Positions 29,850-41,106 of a stretch of DNA of 63,557 nt are shown in pieces; the stretch's first letter is position 1; every line of letters starts with the position of its first letter. Both the position numbers and the translations under genes were made by a program. The notes beneath the pieces were generated by a model. The model did no database searches and was not told the origin of the DNA. It saw nothing but the letters and a program-made list of their open reading frames with translations. The DNA comes from a virus (lineage: Duplodnaviria; Caudoviricetes): positions 1-63,557 of IMG/VR virus record IMGVR_UViG_3300046782_000096. One strand, given 5' to 3'.

Positions 29850-31979
29850 CTACGACCCTGAAGGCATGTTGACTGGTGTCTGGCTCCCTGCCCCGCTAGG
29901 CGGCGCGGTTGGGGCTGTAGGCGACGGCAAGCCCCCCGGCGTGCTTGGGACAGCGGATCGAGCGTCGAGCTTAGGCGCGCTGCTGGAGCCTGTTAGCATG
30001 GCATTAGCCGATGAAGGACTACCACCCGCCATACCTTGTATTAACTGCGCTATCATCTGTGGATTACCACCTACAGAACCTAGACTTGTTAAAAGCGCAC
30101 TTAGTTTATCTGGATTAGGTATAATCTCATCCACTGGTAAACCAGTAGTCTTAAGCACTTCACGTAGTAAAATCTGCATACCTTCTGCTGGTACAAGTGG
30201 TGCAACACCCGGTTGCGGTATAGCATACGGAGCAAGTGCTTGCAATAGCTCAAGAGTTTTAGCTTGTGCCAACTCACGTTGCAGAAGTCCAGTAGCGCCA
30301 CGCGCAATAACTTGAACATCTGCTTTAATATCTGGATCATCATCAAATCGCATATTCATGTTATAATAGAACGTTATTACATCTTCTATAACATCACGAT
30401 CCAAATTTAAAATACTATTCTTAATACCCTTAGCAGCATTAGCCATTAACATGCTAAGACCGCCCATTGTACGACCAGCACCCTGTGCTTGCATATTACC
30501 CATTATATACGGCGGAACACCACTTAAATCATCCGCTATTTGACTAAATTTATCCCATACTTGTAATAATTCCGGTACTACTGTGGGTATAACAAACCAA
30601 CGATAAGCAGGATTACCCTTACCTGTTGGGTCTGTTTCCACATGATATAGTTTATATGGGAATACTTCATCTGGTATTTCTCCAGCAGTTAAACGATCTA
30701 CATCAACTTCACCTACTGGACCAGACGAATAACTCATATTACGTACAATAGACCGCGCAGCAGAGTTAACTACTCTCTGCGTATCTCGTAATATGTCTGC
30801 TAAACCTTCGCCCCATAACGCGCCCGGTACTTTAACAAACGACGATGAGAATATAGGACGTGCTTGTAATGGATACGGATTAATAACCGCTTTAACAGTA
30901 TAGTTATTAATTGTCCAAATCTCGCACTCATACTGTGCCTCCGGGTCTTTTACTAATATATTACGTTCTATAAGATACTTACCCGGTATTTTGCCATTAT
31001 AAATAATTAAATCTAAAGTCTTTCGATCTAAAGTAGGCGTAAATGTGTCTTGAAGAAACTTTCTTTGATAATCCGGCCTTAGTTGTTCTTCAAAACCAGT
31101 ATTAGCATATTTTTCTAATACCGTTCTAATAGTCTCATCATTAAATCCTTGTAGTCCAAGACACAAATGTAATTCATCCATCTGTATCTTACGACGTTCT
31201 ATAAAGAACCGTCCATTCTGTGGAGTAGTACTCTCCATAGATGGATATGCATCAAATGGGCTTATTCTCCGAGATACATAAATTGTATCAACTTTTTCAA
31301 CAACTTTCTTACCATTCCATTCTAGTCTTCTTTTATTCTCTATAACCGGCGCTCGCATAAAAGCCGCTGGAAACGTACAAAAATCTTGTATAAACTCTGC
31401 AAACGCTGGACGCCAATCACCTTCTAATAACTGATCTTCTATTTTTAATTCCATTCCATCACAAGCAGACTTAGCTTTTTCTCTAGCATATTTTAAAGCT
31501 GCGTCTTTAAGCTGTTTCGCTCTAGCACGTAAATCTTCTGGTACACCTGATTGCTGTAACTCTAATTCCAGAGCGTCTACAACTTGCTCTTTCATCCACG
31601 GCGGAAGTTCTGGAATTGGAGTAGGAGATAACGTCCAAGGTTTATCTATCGCACTAAGTAAAATGTCATTAATCCAACTCTCAGCAGCCCGACACTTAAG
31701 AGCAGTAAGACCAATATATACATCAATCGCACCAACAAGTCCTGCGTCTTCTGGATCATATACATACCGTCTTGCTCTTAATGCCCGTAAAAGCCGTTCT
31801 TCTACCCCCGATACCCGGCGATACATTTCTGCTTCAATAAAAGCACTTCTTACATAACGAGCTAAATCATCTTGTATCTCCTCTTGCATTACCGGCGCTA
31901 CCGGTGTTGCCAATGGTGACACGCCTCCCGATGGCGGAGAGGATGGCATGTAACTCATACCAGCAGTTGATAAGCTCAT
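29850..31979 (-). CDS. Portal protein
   Basis: [22 protein letters not shown]...D.Q...N..AR....N...SSGP, GAGRT.GGLSMLM.NA.K.IK. Confidence 0.9.
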   Translation of the reverse strand: MSLSTAGMSYMPSSPPSGGVSPLATPVAPVMQEEIQDDLARYVRSAFIEAEMYRRVSGVEERLLRALRARRYVYDPEDAGLVGAIDVYIGLTALKCRAAESWINDILLSAIDKPWTLSPTPIPELPPWMKEQVVDALELELQQSGVPEDLRARAKQLKDAALKYAREKAKSACDGMELKIEDQLLEGDWRPAFAEFIQDFCTFPAAFMRAPVIENKRRLEWNGKKVVEKVDTIYVSRRISPFDAYPSMESTTPQNGRFFIERRKIQMDELHLCLGLQGFNDETIRTVLEKYANTGFEEQLRPDYQRKFLQDTFTPTLDRKTLDLIIYNGKIPGKYLIERNILVKDPEAQYECEIWTINNYTVKAVINPYPLQARPIFSSSFVKVPGALWGEGLADILRDTQRVVNSAARSIVRNMSYSSGPVGEVDVDRLTAGEIPDEVFPYKLYHVETDPTGKGNPAYRWFVIPTVVPELLQVWDKFSQIADDLSGVPPYIMGNMQAQGAGRTMGGLSMLMANAAKGIKNSILNLDRDVIEDVITFYYNMNMRFDDDPDIKADVQVIARGATGLLQRELAQAKTLELLQALAPYAIPQPGVAPLVPAEGMQILLREVLKTTGLPVDEIIPNPDKLSALLTSLGSVGGNPQMIAQLIQGMAGGSPSSANAMLTGSSSAPKLDARSAVPSTPGGLPSPTAPTAPPSGAGSQTPVNMPSGS

Positions 31980-33529
31980 TGGTTATTACATCCACCTATA
32001 TAATAAAAAATAGCATTACCATCCCAAAAAAACCTAAATATTGAATTCTTTCCTGCAACTAAAGTAGCTCCCGGTGATCCATGAACACTTGCTGGAAACG
32101 TAGGAATACCCGCAACACCTGCATAAACATTAAGAGTAAGTATACCGGGATATAACGGAGGACTAAATGTAAAAGTAAGCGCAGCACTATTATTTGGAGC
32201 AATAGCCTGAATAGAACCATTATTCCAAGCAATATTACTTGTTGTGGTAGTTATACCATTATCATAAAACTGGTAATATAAATTAGCAAGTAAAACATCA
32301 GTAAACGTTTTCCGTCCAGAAGGCAATACTTGATTACCGGGAATAATTACACCACCAAAAGTTGCACTTGCTGGCTGTAAATTAAGAACTGTTCCTGATA
32401 TCGAAGCCGCATTAGCATTCGGAGTAACACCAATAGCACTAAGTGCATTAATTCCTGCACCACCGGGAAAATTTGCTGCGGTAATATTACCACTAAAAGC
32501 AGCACTACCAGCAATTTGTAGTCTATTTACGCCATCATCTACATTAGTACCTATACAAATTCGTCCAGTAGATACAGTATTTAAAACACCTGTATTACCA
32601 AAACCGTAAATAATATTTTGTATATTAAGTTGACCATTCGCTGTCGCACTAGGAAGATTAATATTGTAACCAATACATATATTTTGGGCACCAGTAGTTA
32701 CATTAACTGCACTTAAAGAACCTAATATAGTATTACTAGCCCCACTTGAAAGCGCTACACCAGCTTGATAACCAATTAAAGTGTTACTATTAGCAGTAGT
32801 TAAGCTATTACCACTAGCAGCACCTATACAAGTATTTCTATTTCCAGTAAGAGTAAAATTACCAGCAGACAATCCTAAAAACGTATTTGGTTGTACACCA
32901 CCACCAAACGTATGTAAAAGACTATTTCCACCTTGATTAATAACACCAGTAATACCATCAGAAGTAGTTTGAATTAGTTCTATTGATTTTTGTATATAAA
33001 CTGAATCATTAAATGTTTTACTTCCAGCAAACGTCTGTGCTATTGCCGTCATTACACCGGGAAAAGACTGGTTCGCTGGTTGTAAAGTTAAAACTCCTGC
33101 TGCTATAGTACCAGCAAACGCATTCGGTGCAGCCCCTACAGCAGCGAGACTCGCAATACCAGTAGCGCCAGTAGCACCGGTGGCACCTGTAGGACCAGTA
33201 GTACCTGTAGCACCAGTAGGTCCAGCACCAGTAGCCCCGGTAGGCCCAGTAGGCCCAATAGAACCAGTTGTACCTGTAGCACCTGTTGCCCCCTGTAAAC
33301 CTATTCCTGTAGCTCCTGTAGCTCCTGTTGGACCTTGTACGCCTATTCCGGTAGCGCCTGTAGGCCCGGTAGCACCTATTCCCGTTGCGCCTGTAGCTCC
33401 TGTTGGACCCGGTAAGCCTATGCCTGTAGCGCCTGTTGGACCCGTTGGTCCTGCGCCGGTAGCTCCCGTTGCGCCCGTTGCTCCGGTCGCACCTACACCA
33501 ACAGCAGGGAGCGCAGAACTACTACCCAT
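31976..33529 (-). CDS. Collagen-like fibre protein with YadA-head-like repeats
   Basis: (G-X-T)n tract at the N-terminus, then NT.IG..AG repeats. Confidence 0.8.
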   Translation of the reverse strand: MGSSSALPAVGVGATGATGATGATGAGPTGPTGATGIGLPGPTGATGATGIGATGPTGATGIGVQGPTGATGATGIGLQGATGATGTTGSIGPTGPTGATGAGPTGATGTTGPTGATGATGATGIASLAAVGAAPNAFAGTIAAGVLTLQPANQSFPGVMTAIAQTFAGSKTFNDSVYIQKSIELIQTTSDGITGVINQGGNSLLHTFGGGVQPNTFLGLSAGNFTLTGNRNTCIGAASGNSLTTANSNTLIGYQAGVALSSGASNTILGSLSAVNVTTGAQNICIGYNINLPSATANGQLNIQNIIYGFGNTGVLNTVSTGRICIGTNVDDGVNRLQIAGSAAFSGNITAANFPGGAGINALSAIGVTPNANAASISGTVLNLQPASATFGGVIIPGNQVLPSGRKTFTDVLLANLYYQFYDNGITTTTSNIAWNNGSIQAIAPNNSAALTFTFSPPLYPGILTLNVYAGVAGIPTFPASVHGSPGATLVAGKNSIFRFFWDGNAIFYYIGGCNNQ

Positions 33530-33837
33530 TACGGTTGTAACACCACATAATCAATGCCTATTAATGTGTGTCCACTAGGTGGGACTGTACTAGGCGCACC
33601 TACTGTAACCCAAGACTCTTCTACTCCTCCTGCTACATACCAGCCACGATTTTTGTATTTATAGACTGTTGCACCAGAAGTACCCGGATTAGTGGCTTCA
33701 GTACTAAATAATGAAACTCCTCCAACACCAATAAGTAAGTAACCATCATCTTTACTAGCAGTCATCTCACTACTAAAAAGCTGCGCCATAGTAGTACTTG
33801 CGCCTGCATTCTGTAAGTAGCCATCACGCGCTGTCAC
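33529..33837 (-). CDS. Hypothetical virion protein
   Basis: Coupled ORF in fibre cluster. Confidence 0.6.
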   Translation of the reverse strand: MTARDGYLQNAGASTTMAQLFSSEMTASKDDGYLLIGVGGVSLFSTEATNPGTSGATVYKYKNRGWYVAGGVEESWVTVGAPSTVPPSGHTLIGIDYVVLQP

Positions 33838-34844
33838 GACAAATTCACCGGTCCATTATTCCAAGGCATAACAACTTGTCCGATTTGTATAAATTGATTA
33901 ATTGGTGTACCGGTTGCAGGATATACATCACCAGTAGCTATACCACTAGAACCAACCCACATATCTTGGAACGTACCCAGTCTACCTCTACCCCCCACAG
34001 ACATTCCACATGCAGCCATTGGAAATAAATCCCATGCCCCACTTATTTCACTTGGTATTGCAAGAGCTGACGCAGATTCCCATGATGCATTTACTGTTGT
34101 TGAAACACCATTATGGTTTGATGTTCCAGCATTAATTAATGCAAGTCCAGCACTTGGAGTAAACCCTATAACTCCTCCATTAGCATACCCCGGCGTTCCT
34201 GCTGTTGGATTTGCTAATTTATCAATAAATCCAGCCATTACAAGATTACCACCAGCAAAAATTATAATACGTGTACACTGTCCATCCGTTGTTTCTTCAA
34301 TTGTCCATCGCATTGCCAAATCAGTAGAAAAATTTGGTGTATTACTTGCTATAACTGCTACTGCATCCGTCGCAGTTGGATCATTTGAAGTAGTTCCACC
34401 AGTAAATCCAGCATTAGAAATTGCATATCTAAAGTTTTGTTGATTACCACCACTAACAGGAGATAATGAAATTAAAATCTGAGTTGTAGATAAAATTGCC
34501 GGTTGTCCTAAAACTATCCATGAATGCGCGCCGCCCGCTTGATTCCATACTAGGTTAGAATCAGTAACCCAACGATCAACACCATCACCCGGCACACCAG
34601 CAGTTACACTATTACAACTATATTTCACATTCCAAGGAAATAAACCAATAGCAAGCATCTGATTTTTAATTGTTCGCCATAATAGACGCATATCAGCAAG
34701 ATTAGCTCCTTGCGCTGCTATAAGATTGTTGCAATTAAATTGCCAACTCTTAGAGTAAACTGGAAGCGCAAAAGGAGTTATAATCGCCTTTTCTTGTGGA
34801 AGAATTAGCTTTTTATCTGGTACAATAATCTTACGGGTAACCAT
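33834..34844 (-). CDS. Hypothetical virion protein (beta-rich)
   Basis: TAATG coupling at 34844. Confidence 0.65.
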   Translation of the reverse strand: MVTRKIIVPDKKLILPQEKAIITPFALPVYSKSWQFNCNNLIAAQGANLADMRLLWRTIKNQMLAIGLFPWNVKYSCNSVTAGVPGDGVDRWVTDSNLVWNQAGGAHSWIVLGQPAILSTTQILISLSPVSGGNQQNFRYAISNAGFTGGTTSNDPTATDAVAVIASNTPNFSTDLAMRWTIEETTDGQCTRIIIFAGGNLVMAGFIDKLANPTAGTPGYANGGVIGFTPSAGLALINAGTSNHNGVSTTVNASWESASALAIPSEISGAWDLFPMAACGMSVGGRGRLGTFQDMWVGSSGIATGDVYPATGTPINQFIQIGQVVMPWNNGPVNLS

Positions 34845-35815
34845 TACGGCTGTATCTCCAACCACGATCCACGGTTAGTTACTTGATCACCAGCCGTAGT
34901 AATCCAACAACGTGTAGTGAATATGCCCGCGACCGCCCCCGGTCTAAATGCTGTAGATACATCTACAGTCACTAGCGTAGCATTTAAACCAGCAGTTGTA
35001 GGCGTACTAGCTATAATCACTGGTGATCCTGCCCCGGTTTCACGTAATAAATCTCCACCTACTAAGTTTGCCCCGTTTGTTGTCTCTAATAACATGCAAA
35101 GCTTAACTATAGATGCTGCACCTAATCCCCAACTAGCATCATTCGGATCAAAATATTTAGACCCTAACGCAAGTTTAGTTGTAGCATCATACTTTGAAGA
35201 CTGTGTTGAATCACTAAAGGTAAAAGGATATTTTCTCGGAACTGGCGCGGCTGATACAGTCAAGCCACGCATGTTAAAAAAGTAACCGCTATTCGGATAA
35301 TCAGCCCATATAAGCGGTTTAGATACTTGACCTACTGCTATAGGTTCTGTAAGTGTAAGCGCTCCCGGTGTTATTGGACTTAAAAAGTAAACAGAATTAG
35401 GCGTTAAGCCTGTAAAGACAAGTAAAGTAGGATCAATGTAACCACCATAACAAATAGTAAACGTATTAGCATCTATTACGGCTACTACTATTCCTACTAC
35501 TTCAGCGTTTACTGCATTATTAGCTTGTGCTTTTGTGTAAGTACCAGCACCACTTAATCTAACAACATTACCTACCAGTAATCCATGTGCTGTCTGTATT
35601 ATATTCTCTACAAAATCAGTACCACTACCCCCGCTACCACCCCCTCCACCTGTAGTTCCTTTAACTGTTCCTGTTATAAGTGATACACCAGAACCCAAAT
35701 TTTGTAGCGCATTTACAATAAAAGCAACACTATTACCATCATTAAGTCCATTAAAACGTAATGTACCCTGTCCATTAGGGTATACTTCTCCCTCAAATAA
35801 AAGATTTAAAGACAT
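34844..35815 (-). CDS. Fibre/capsid-associated structural protein
   Basis: HGL..G..V......Y.KAQA....AE..GIV and GLTP...YFLS...PG.LT motifs. Confidence 0.7.
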   Translation of the reverse strand: MSLNLLFEGEVYPNGQGTLRFNGLNDGNSVAFIVNALQNLGSGVSLITGTVKGTTGGGGGSGGSGTDFVENIIQTAHGLLVGNVVRLSGAGTYTKAQANNAVNAEVVGIVVAVIDANTFTICYGGYIDPTLLVFTGLTPNSVYFLSPITPGALTLTEPIAVGQVSKPLIWADYPNSGYFFNMRGLTVSAAPVPRKYPFTFSDSTQSSKYDATTKLALGSKYFDPNDASWGLGAASIVKLCMLLETTNGANLVGGDLLRETGAGSPVIIASTPTTAGLNATLVTVDVSTAFRPGAVAGIFTTRCWITTAGDQVTNRGSWLEIQP

Positions 35816-36114
35816 TATCTTTGCTTAACATTCACATACACACCGCAAAGACCAGCAGTAATTGTCTTATCAAATACGTAAAATGTACCACCTTGAAGAT
35901 ATAAAGATGGAACAGTGGCAGTCAGTTTAATAGCAACACCCGCAGCATCTGTAAGCACTTTATTTGTTGACCCCGCTACAACCGAAATATTTACTACTTC
36001 TGCTGCTGCTAAATTATCTGCACTTACATGAAACCCATCACATCCCCTTGCATCAAATACAGGAGACGTTTTAGCCGCAGTCTGTGGTGAAATATAAGCA
36101 AAGTCAGCAGACAT
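35815..36114 (-). CDS. Small beta-rich structural protein
   Basis: AGGAGAGG RBS. Confidence 0.6.
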   Translation of the reverse strand: MSADFAYISPQTAAKTSPVFDARGCDGFHVSADNLAAAEVVNISVVAGSTNKVLTDAAGVAIKLTATVPSLYLQGGTFYVFDKTITAGLCGVYVNVKQR

Positions 36115-36123
36115 TATCCTCTC

Positions 36124-36282
36124 CTAAATTTTACCCAATATAAGTAAAATAATAAGAATTACAACAATTAAACCTAAACCACCACTAGGAAAGTACCCCC
36201 AGTTTGCACTGTGCGGCCAAGTAGGTAACGCGCCAATAAGTATCAATATTAAAACAATTAAAAGGATAGTACCTAATGACAT
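36124..36282 (-). CDS. DUF3309-family small membrane protein, 52 aa (not in ORF track)
   Basis: MSLGTILLIVLILILIGALPTWPHSANWGYFPSGGLGLIVVILIILLILGKI; AGGAGAG RBS. Confidence 0.9.
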   Translation of the reverse strand: MSLGTILLIVLILILIGALPTWPHSANWGYFPSGGLGLIVVILIILLILGKI

Positions 36283-36291
36283 AATACTCTC

Positions 36292-36543
36292 CTATTTCAT
36301 AAATACAAACTTAACCAAAGTAGCAACAATAGCTGCCACAGCACCCACAATAGCCGCAATACTAAACAAAATTTTCCACTTTACTCTAGCTGTTGCAATT
36401 GCTGTGACAACTAATGTTTTTAGATCATTATGACTAGTGACTAAGCCATCAATCTTACTCTCTATCCTTAACTCTACTTTCTCATGGCTTTCTTCTAGGA
36501 TTTTGGTCCTAGCTTGCAAGTCAGCTATGTCTCTATCGGGCAT
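36292..36543 (-). CDS. Coiled-coil protein with one C-terminal TM helix (holin-like)
   Basis: Soluble coiled coil followed by ILFSIAAIVGAVAAIVATLV. Confidence 0.6.
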   Translation of the reverse strand: MPDRDIADLQARTKILEESHEKVELRIESKIDGLVTSHNDLKTLVVTAIATARVKWKILFSIAAIVGAVAAIVATLVKFVFMK

Positions 36544-37124
36544 TATTTAACAGCTTTCTTTACCGGACCACCCTCTGTAGGAGTCGCAGCAGGAGTATAA
36601 ATACCCTGCCGTACATCACTGATTAAAGACTCAAATGCTAATTCCTTAGCATCCGCTGGACCCTTTTCCGAACTAGTCTGTCCAAGGAAACTACTATCCC
36701 CTTCATTGAAATTAGCTGCAAAACCTAATCCTTTAAGCGCTTGTGCGCGACCCGCTACATAACCCCACACAACCGGAAGCAAACGACGACCACCAAAAAA
36801 TACACCTGCCGAAACGCAAGATAACTGGATACTACGCTTCTGTTCTTCATCAAGCTCTTTCTGATAATCACGTAGTGTCGCAGCCCATGCACAATGATTA
36901 ACAGTATCCTTAGCCCAATTAAGAGCAATCTTCTGCTGGTCCTTGGTATCCCAGTTATAAGACCCTGCAAATGCAATAACACTAGCAACACCCAATGACT
37001 GTACTAAACCTCCCGGTCCATTCGGTGCGCTCGCATATCCTACCGGATACGCCGGGTCTTGCGGTAAATCCGATACATCTTCGAGTTTCGGTAAACGCAT
37101 ACGTAAAGCTTCTACATGTTCCAT
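36543..37124 (-). CDS. Hypothetical protein
   Basis: 193 aa, AAGGA RBS, preceded by promoter. Confidence 0.7.
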   Translation of the reverse strand: MEHVEALRMRLPKLEDVSDLPQDPAYPVGYASAPNGPGGLVQSLGVASVIAFAGSYNWDTKDQQKIALNWAKDTVNHCAWAATLRDYQKELDEEQKRSIQLSCVSAGVFFGGRRLLPVVWGYVAGRAQALKGLGFAANFNEGDSSFLGQTSSEKGPADAKELAFESLISDVRQGIYTPAATPTEGGPVKKAVK

Positions 37125-37188
37125 GACATTAGTTCCTTTATATTAAAAGTGGGGGAAACGCGCACGGACAACCCCGGCGCGGGGTAGC

Positions 37189-37237
37189 TCCTTACCACAA
37201 AAATTGCCCCTTGTCAAGCTGGAAAATCAATAACTTG
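37189..37237 (-). promoter_or_regulatory. sigma70-like promoter with upstream IHF site
   Basis: Minus strand TTGACA(37217-37212)-N17-TAAGGA with TGTG; AATCAATAACTTG at 37225-37237 matches WATCAANNNNTTR. Confidence 0.5.
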
Positions 37238-37267
37238 GAAATTCAGTTGTCCCCGAACCCCTGCGAA

Positions 37268-37678
37268 CTACTCCGCTAGGTTTGGCCTAGCCCATACGGT
37301 CGCATCCTCACCGGGAGCATAGTAGTTTGGTCTTGTACCTTGTTTCATAAAACCATAATGCAATAATAAAGCTATTACTTCAGTACTACTCTTATGTGTT
37401 TCAGCCCATAACGTATCTATTCCTGCTTCCAGTGCTTCTTTTTTCCACTGGTTATAAAGCATTAAAGCTGCATATGGATTACTCGTTGCTATATTACGTG
37501 CATGACCTTTATCAGCTACTCCATAGCCTAAAATTTTACCATTTTCTTCAACTACCGCAACTCTATGACCAAGACGTACAGCTTGATAAAAACTAATACG
37601 ATCCCAAGGTTTAAATTTTTTGTTCTCCAGTACCATCACTTGGTCTAAGTCCTCCGGTACCATGTCTCGAATCTGCAT
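37268..37678 (-). CDS. RimI-like GNAT acetyltransferase
   Basis: IRDM...DLDQV..LE...F.PW, ILGY, GF...GTRPNYY..GEDA. Confidence 0.8.
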   Translation of the reverse strand: MQIRDMVPEDLDQVMVLENKKFKPWDRISFYQAVRLGHRVAVVEENGKILGYGVADKGHARNIATSNPYAALMLYNQWKKEALEAGIDTLWAETHKSSTEVIALLLHYGFMKQGTRPNYYAPGEDATVWARPNLAE

Positions 37679-37808
37679 GTTGCTCCTTACATTTCTCTAA
37701 GTGTTTAGCTATTTTACTTCTCGCATGTTTCATGTCTATTCCACGAAAAGTCAATCGCTTCATACAGTAAGGACAAGTCACTCTTTCCCAAGCTAATTTT
37801 ATGCCCAT
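37611..37808 (-). CDS. Small Zn-finger-like protein (CPYC...H...C)
   Basis: Between TerL and the GNAT gene; overlaps both. Confidence 0.45.
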   Translation of the reverse strand: MGIKLAWERVTCPYCMKRLTFRGIDMKHARSKIAKHLEKCKEQHADSRHGTGGLRPSDGTGEQKI

Positions 37809-39286
37809 AAGAATTTTTTCTTTGGTGCCTCATCATTGCCCATACCGTTCAACATTCTACCTGCTCGTTGAACGCCACTACCCTTTCTTACAAACAACGC
37901 TACATACTGTTCTGCATCTTGTCCATGACTATATCTATTCTTCTCTGCCTTCTCTTTATATCTAGTCGCACCTGCCATTGTGTTACTCATCTTTTCATAG
38001 ACATACCCGCCCGCACACCCCTCAATCATATACTGACAGTGCGGGGATATTAAAAAACCATCATTACGGTTTAAAAAGAAGTCAACTGCCTCTTTGCGAG
38101 GAGCAAAATTATTTGTCGGCGCTAGTTGTAACTTTAGATGAAAGTCTGCGAGAACATCAAACGCAGTTCTCTTATCTAAACCAGACCTACCCCGCGCCGC
38201 TGGATCACCTACGCAAACATAGGTATAACCAGAATATTTTTGATTTAATAAAGGCATTACATACTCCATGCAGAAGGACTCTAAATCCTCATCTGCTGGA
38301 GCTAATTCATCTATTATTCTTAATCCCCCTCTTCTAGATAACTGATTAATTATACATGCTGGATTAAGACCAAAATCCCACCCTAGTATAAGCGGTAATC
38401 CTCTTTCTCCTCTTAATATCTCCTTCGCTACATGCCGATTTTGGCTAAACTGTGGATATATAGGTTTGCCAAATAACTGTACACCATACTCATTTGCCAG
38501 CATTACCCTGATATAAGACTCAGAATTACCCTGAATCTGGTTTTTATAGTAGTTTGGAGGCAGATTTTTAAGGTTTTCAGCATCTGGATTCGGTACCCAT
38601 ATACTAGTTTTATTGTCCCAAAACACCGCCGCAGGGTACTCAAATAGCTTAAAATCGTCTAGTTTTTCCTCTCCTTCAAACAACATATACAGCCAATGAC
38701 CCACTTTTGGCCTATTTGTGTCTGCTATAATACCAGACCAAGTAGCTCCACCCTCTTTTATAGCTGGATATCGGGGTATACGACCACGTAGAAAGTCAAT
38801 TATTGCCTTTGGAACCTCTCTTACCTCGTTTATCCATGCTCCAGTAAGCTCTAAAGACAATAATTTCTTAATATCATCCTCAGTTTCCAGTGCTAAAAAG
38901 ATAAATTCTATGTCCGCTATGGTCCCATCATTTAATCTTTGTCTAAAATTCGCTCTAATCGGTACATCAAAGACTACTGGACATATATTATTCGGTACCC
39001 ATTCTTGGAAAGTCTTAATAGTTGTCGATTTTAACTCTGGATATGTGTTACGTATGATAGCCCAACGTGATTTCCTTACCCCTTGGAACGGTGCTTGCTC
39101 AAAGCCACGCATTAAAAGCTCCATAACGCATCCAGCAGACTTGCCACATCCCACTGGACCCATTAAGAACCGGTAAAGTGTATCATCATTATGAAATAAA
39201 CGGGCAGTAGGCTCTGCATCATACGTCAATAAGCCTGTCCTGCCCGTTGGTTTTAGCTCTATATTACGTGGATGAGCTGCACTCAC
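37799..39286 (-). CDS. terL: Terminase large subunit
   Basis: Walker A MGPVGCGKS, IIRNTYPEL..TT, SLELTGAWINE, GWDFGLNPA nuclease Asp, SH.QDA.QY. Confidence 0.95.
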   Translation of the reverse strand: MSAAHPRNIELKPTGRTGLLTYDAEPTARLFHNDDTLYRFLMGPVGCGKSAGCVMELLMRGFEQAPFQGVRKSRWAIIRNTYPELKSTTIKTFQEWVPNNICPVVFDVPIRANFRQRLNDGTIADIEFIFLALETEDDIKKLLSLELTGAWINEVREVPKAIIDFLRGRIPRYPAIKEGGATWSGIIADTNRPKVGHWLYMLFEGEEKLDDFKLFEYPAAVFWDNKTSIWVPNPDAENLKNLPPNYYKNQIQGNSESYIRVMLANEYGVQLFGKPIYPQFSQNRHVAKEILRGERGLPLILGWDFGLNPACIINQLSRRGGLRIIDELAPADEDLESFCMEYVMPLLNQKYSGYTYVCVGDPAARGRSGLDKRTAFDVLADFHLKLQLAPTNNFAPRKEAVDFFLNRNDGFLISPHCQYMIEGCAGGYVYEKMSNTMAGATRYKEKAEKNRYSHGQDAEQYVALFVRKGSGVQRAGRMLNGMGNDEAPKKKFLWA

Positions 39287-39464
39287 TAAATTCTCCTGAT
39301 TCTTCCAAGTCTACTAAAAACTCTGCCAAATCCTTATCTACCTGTCTATCTTCCATTTCCTTTAGTATCCTTGCTTCCCTTGATGTTTGCACCTGACTTT
39401 TACATATGCTACGCTTACCGTTTTCCAGTCTCTTTTGCACTACGTATATTACTTCTCCCATCAC
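39264..39464 (-). CDS. Hypothetical protein
   Basis: GGGAG RBS; overlaps TerL start. Confidence 0.45.
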   Translation of the reverse strand: MMGEVIYVVQKRLENGKRSICKSQVQTSREARILKEMEDRQVDKDLAEFLVDLEESGEFSECSSST

Positions 39465-39625
39465 ATTCTCCCCGTTGGGGGTCCACCGGGATTAGGCGTA
39501 AAACCACGCTTTCTACTTTTACTCTTCTCAAACTTCTCTTTTACTGTCTTACCTTTAGATTTCTTTTTCACGTCTTAATTCCTCTCTTTCGCTCTGCTCT
39601 CTCCTGCGCAGGAGTGTCTTTAGGA

Positions 39626-40342
39626 TTATCCTTGCGGTTCTTGTTCTGGCTCGAAAAGGGGGGTTTCTTGGGCTTTTGCTTCTTCATAATTCATATCCTC
39701 TTTCGGTATGGTTAAGTCAATCGCGTTTAACCCCGATCCCAAATAGTTCGTAAAGTCAAATGATACCGGTGGATTGGGATCACCTTTATGCTCTATTACA
39801 CTTGCTTTTTCTCTAACCAATCTCTCTTGCTGTTCTGGCAACAGCCCTACATTGAAATTATACGTAACCGTTGCCCCCGCTGCTATCCCCGACACGTCCA
39901 CCTTCTGACCCCATCTCTTCTGTCCAAAACCCTTTGCCATTATCCGTTTATGGTTAGCTATTTTCTCTGCTTTATCTAACTGTTTATCTGACGGTACAAA
40001 TACTTCTTCTAACTTATCCCTTGCTTCAAACATTAAGTTATCCGCTTCATGGTTTAACGCCCACTCCCATTCTGCTTTCCTCTCTGCGTCATTGTCTATC
40101 CATCGCATTAAAATATGCTGAGATATCTGTAACGCTGTCGCTATTTGTTTAGGAGAGAATTGATTTAATAATAGGTCTGTTATTATCTCCATCCCTATTG
40201 CTTCAAGATACTGTAAAGGGTGAGTATGCTTAGAATAAAAGGCGTCATAAGACCGAGGGTCAAAATGCTTAAACGGTGCCTTGTACTGTATTTTATCTAG
40301 TATCTGTAACGGAGTTTCCTTTTCTTTGACTAAAGCGTTCAT
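39626..40342 (-). CDS. terS: Terminase small subunit
   Basis: HTH (IATALQIS...LMRWI), ...EADNL..EA...L, RWGQKVDV; upstream of TerL. Confidence 0.7.
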   Translation of the reverse strand: MNALVKEKETPLQILDKIQYKAPFKHFDPRSYDAFYSKHTHPLQYLEAIGMEIITDLLLNQFSPKQIATALQISQHILMRWIDNDAERKAEWEWALNHEADNLMFEARDKLEEVFVPSDKQLDKAEKIANHKRIMAKGFGQKRWGQKVDVSGIAAGATVTYNFNVGLLPEQQERLVREKASVIEHKGDPNPPVSFDFTNYLGSGLNAIDLTIPKEDMNYEEAKAQETPLFEPEQEPQG

Positions 40343-40665
40343 AACTCACCCGCATCCTCTGTCTCTTCTAGGGCTTCAAGAACAGTGATACGCTTTAATA
40401 AGGCATCATGTACAACTGCCGGTGTCAGACTTCTCCCTATTGATCCCCTAGCAGCCCAAAAAGACGTACCTATTGTACCGTCCATGTTCCAGACGACCAA
40501 AGCATAACCCGCTGCATGACCCTGTGACAAAAGTTCATTCTTGGCATGTTGTAAATGCCTAGTAATCTCCTCATGCGTTTTATCTGGTAGACTAGTCAAA
40601 TCTACCAATTTCGGCTTCGGTAACGGTTTGTTTTTGACTATCTTTATCTCTCTCTTTTTGCTCAT
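40339..40665 (-). CDS. Hypothetical protein
   Basis: AGGAG RBS, ATGA overlap. Confidence 0.65.
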   Translation of the reverse strand: MSKKREIKIVKNKPLPKPKLVDLTSLPDKTHEEITRHLQHAKNELLSQGHAAGYALVVWNMDGTIGTSFWAARGSIGRSLTPAVVHDALLKRITVLEALEETEDAGEL

Positions 40666-40933
40666 CTAATTTCTCCTGAAACCTTGCTCTGTAATGCTCT
40701 ATGTGTAAATCTTCCAGCCACTTGCTAAACTCTCCCGGCTTGCGAACTTCAAACTCTATAACTCTTGATAAAGCTCTTTTGATTTTAGGTGCATAAAGAT
40801 TAAATTGCGGTATAGTGTTTGGTAAGAGCCTAGTGTTTTTCGTTACAGGTTTAATTAACCTATTTTCTTTCTTTAACCTTTTATACATTGCCCGCTTCGC
40901 TTTCCTTCTTGAAGATGATCTGCTCATTACCAT
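40592..40933 (-). CDS. Basic hypothetical protein
   Basis: AAGGA RBS. Confidence 0.55.
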   Translation of the reverse strand: MVMSRSSSRRKAKRAMYKRLKKENRLIKPVTKNTRLLPNTIPQFNLYAPKIKRALSRVIEFEVRKPGEFSKWLEDLHIEHYRARFQEKLDEQKERDKDSQKQTVTEAEIGRFD

Positions 40934-41106
40934 TTTCCTTTAGGACATACCTGATCTTTTAGCCAAGTCTTGCCTTCCACCACGCATAAGCATACCGAAC
41001 ATAACGAAAGAACCGCAGGAAAAGCCCTTCTGTAAAACGGACAAGTCTTACAGATTTTAAGCCTCTTTTCCCGTTCATCGTCCATTGCAAATCTAAAACG
41101 CATCTT

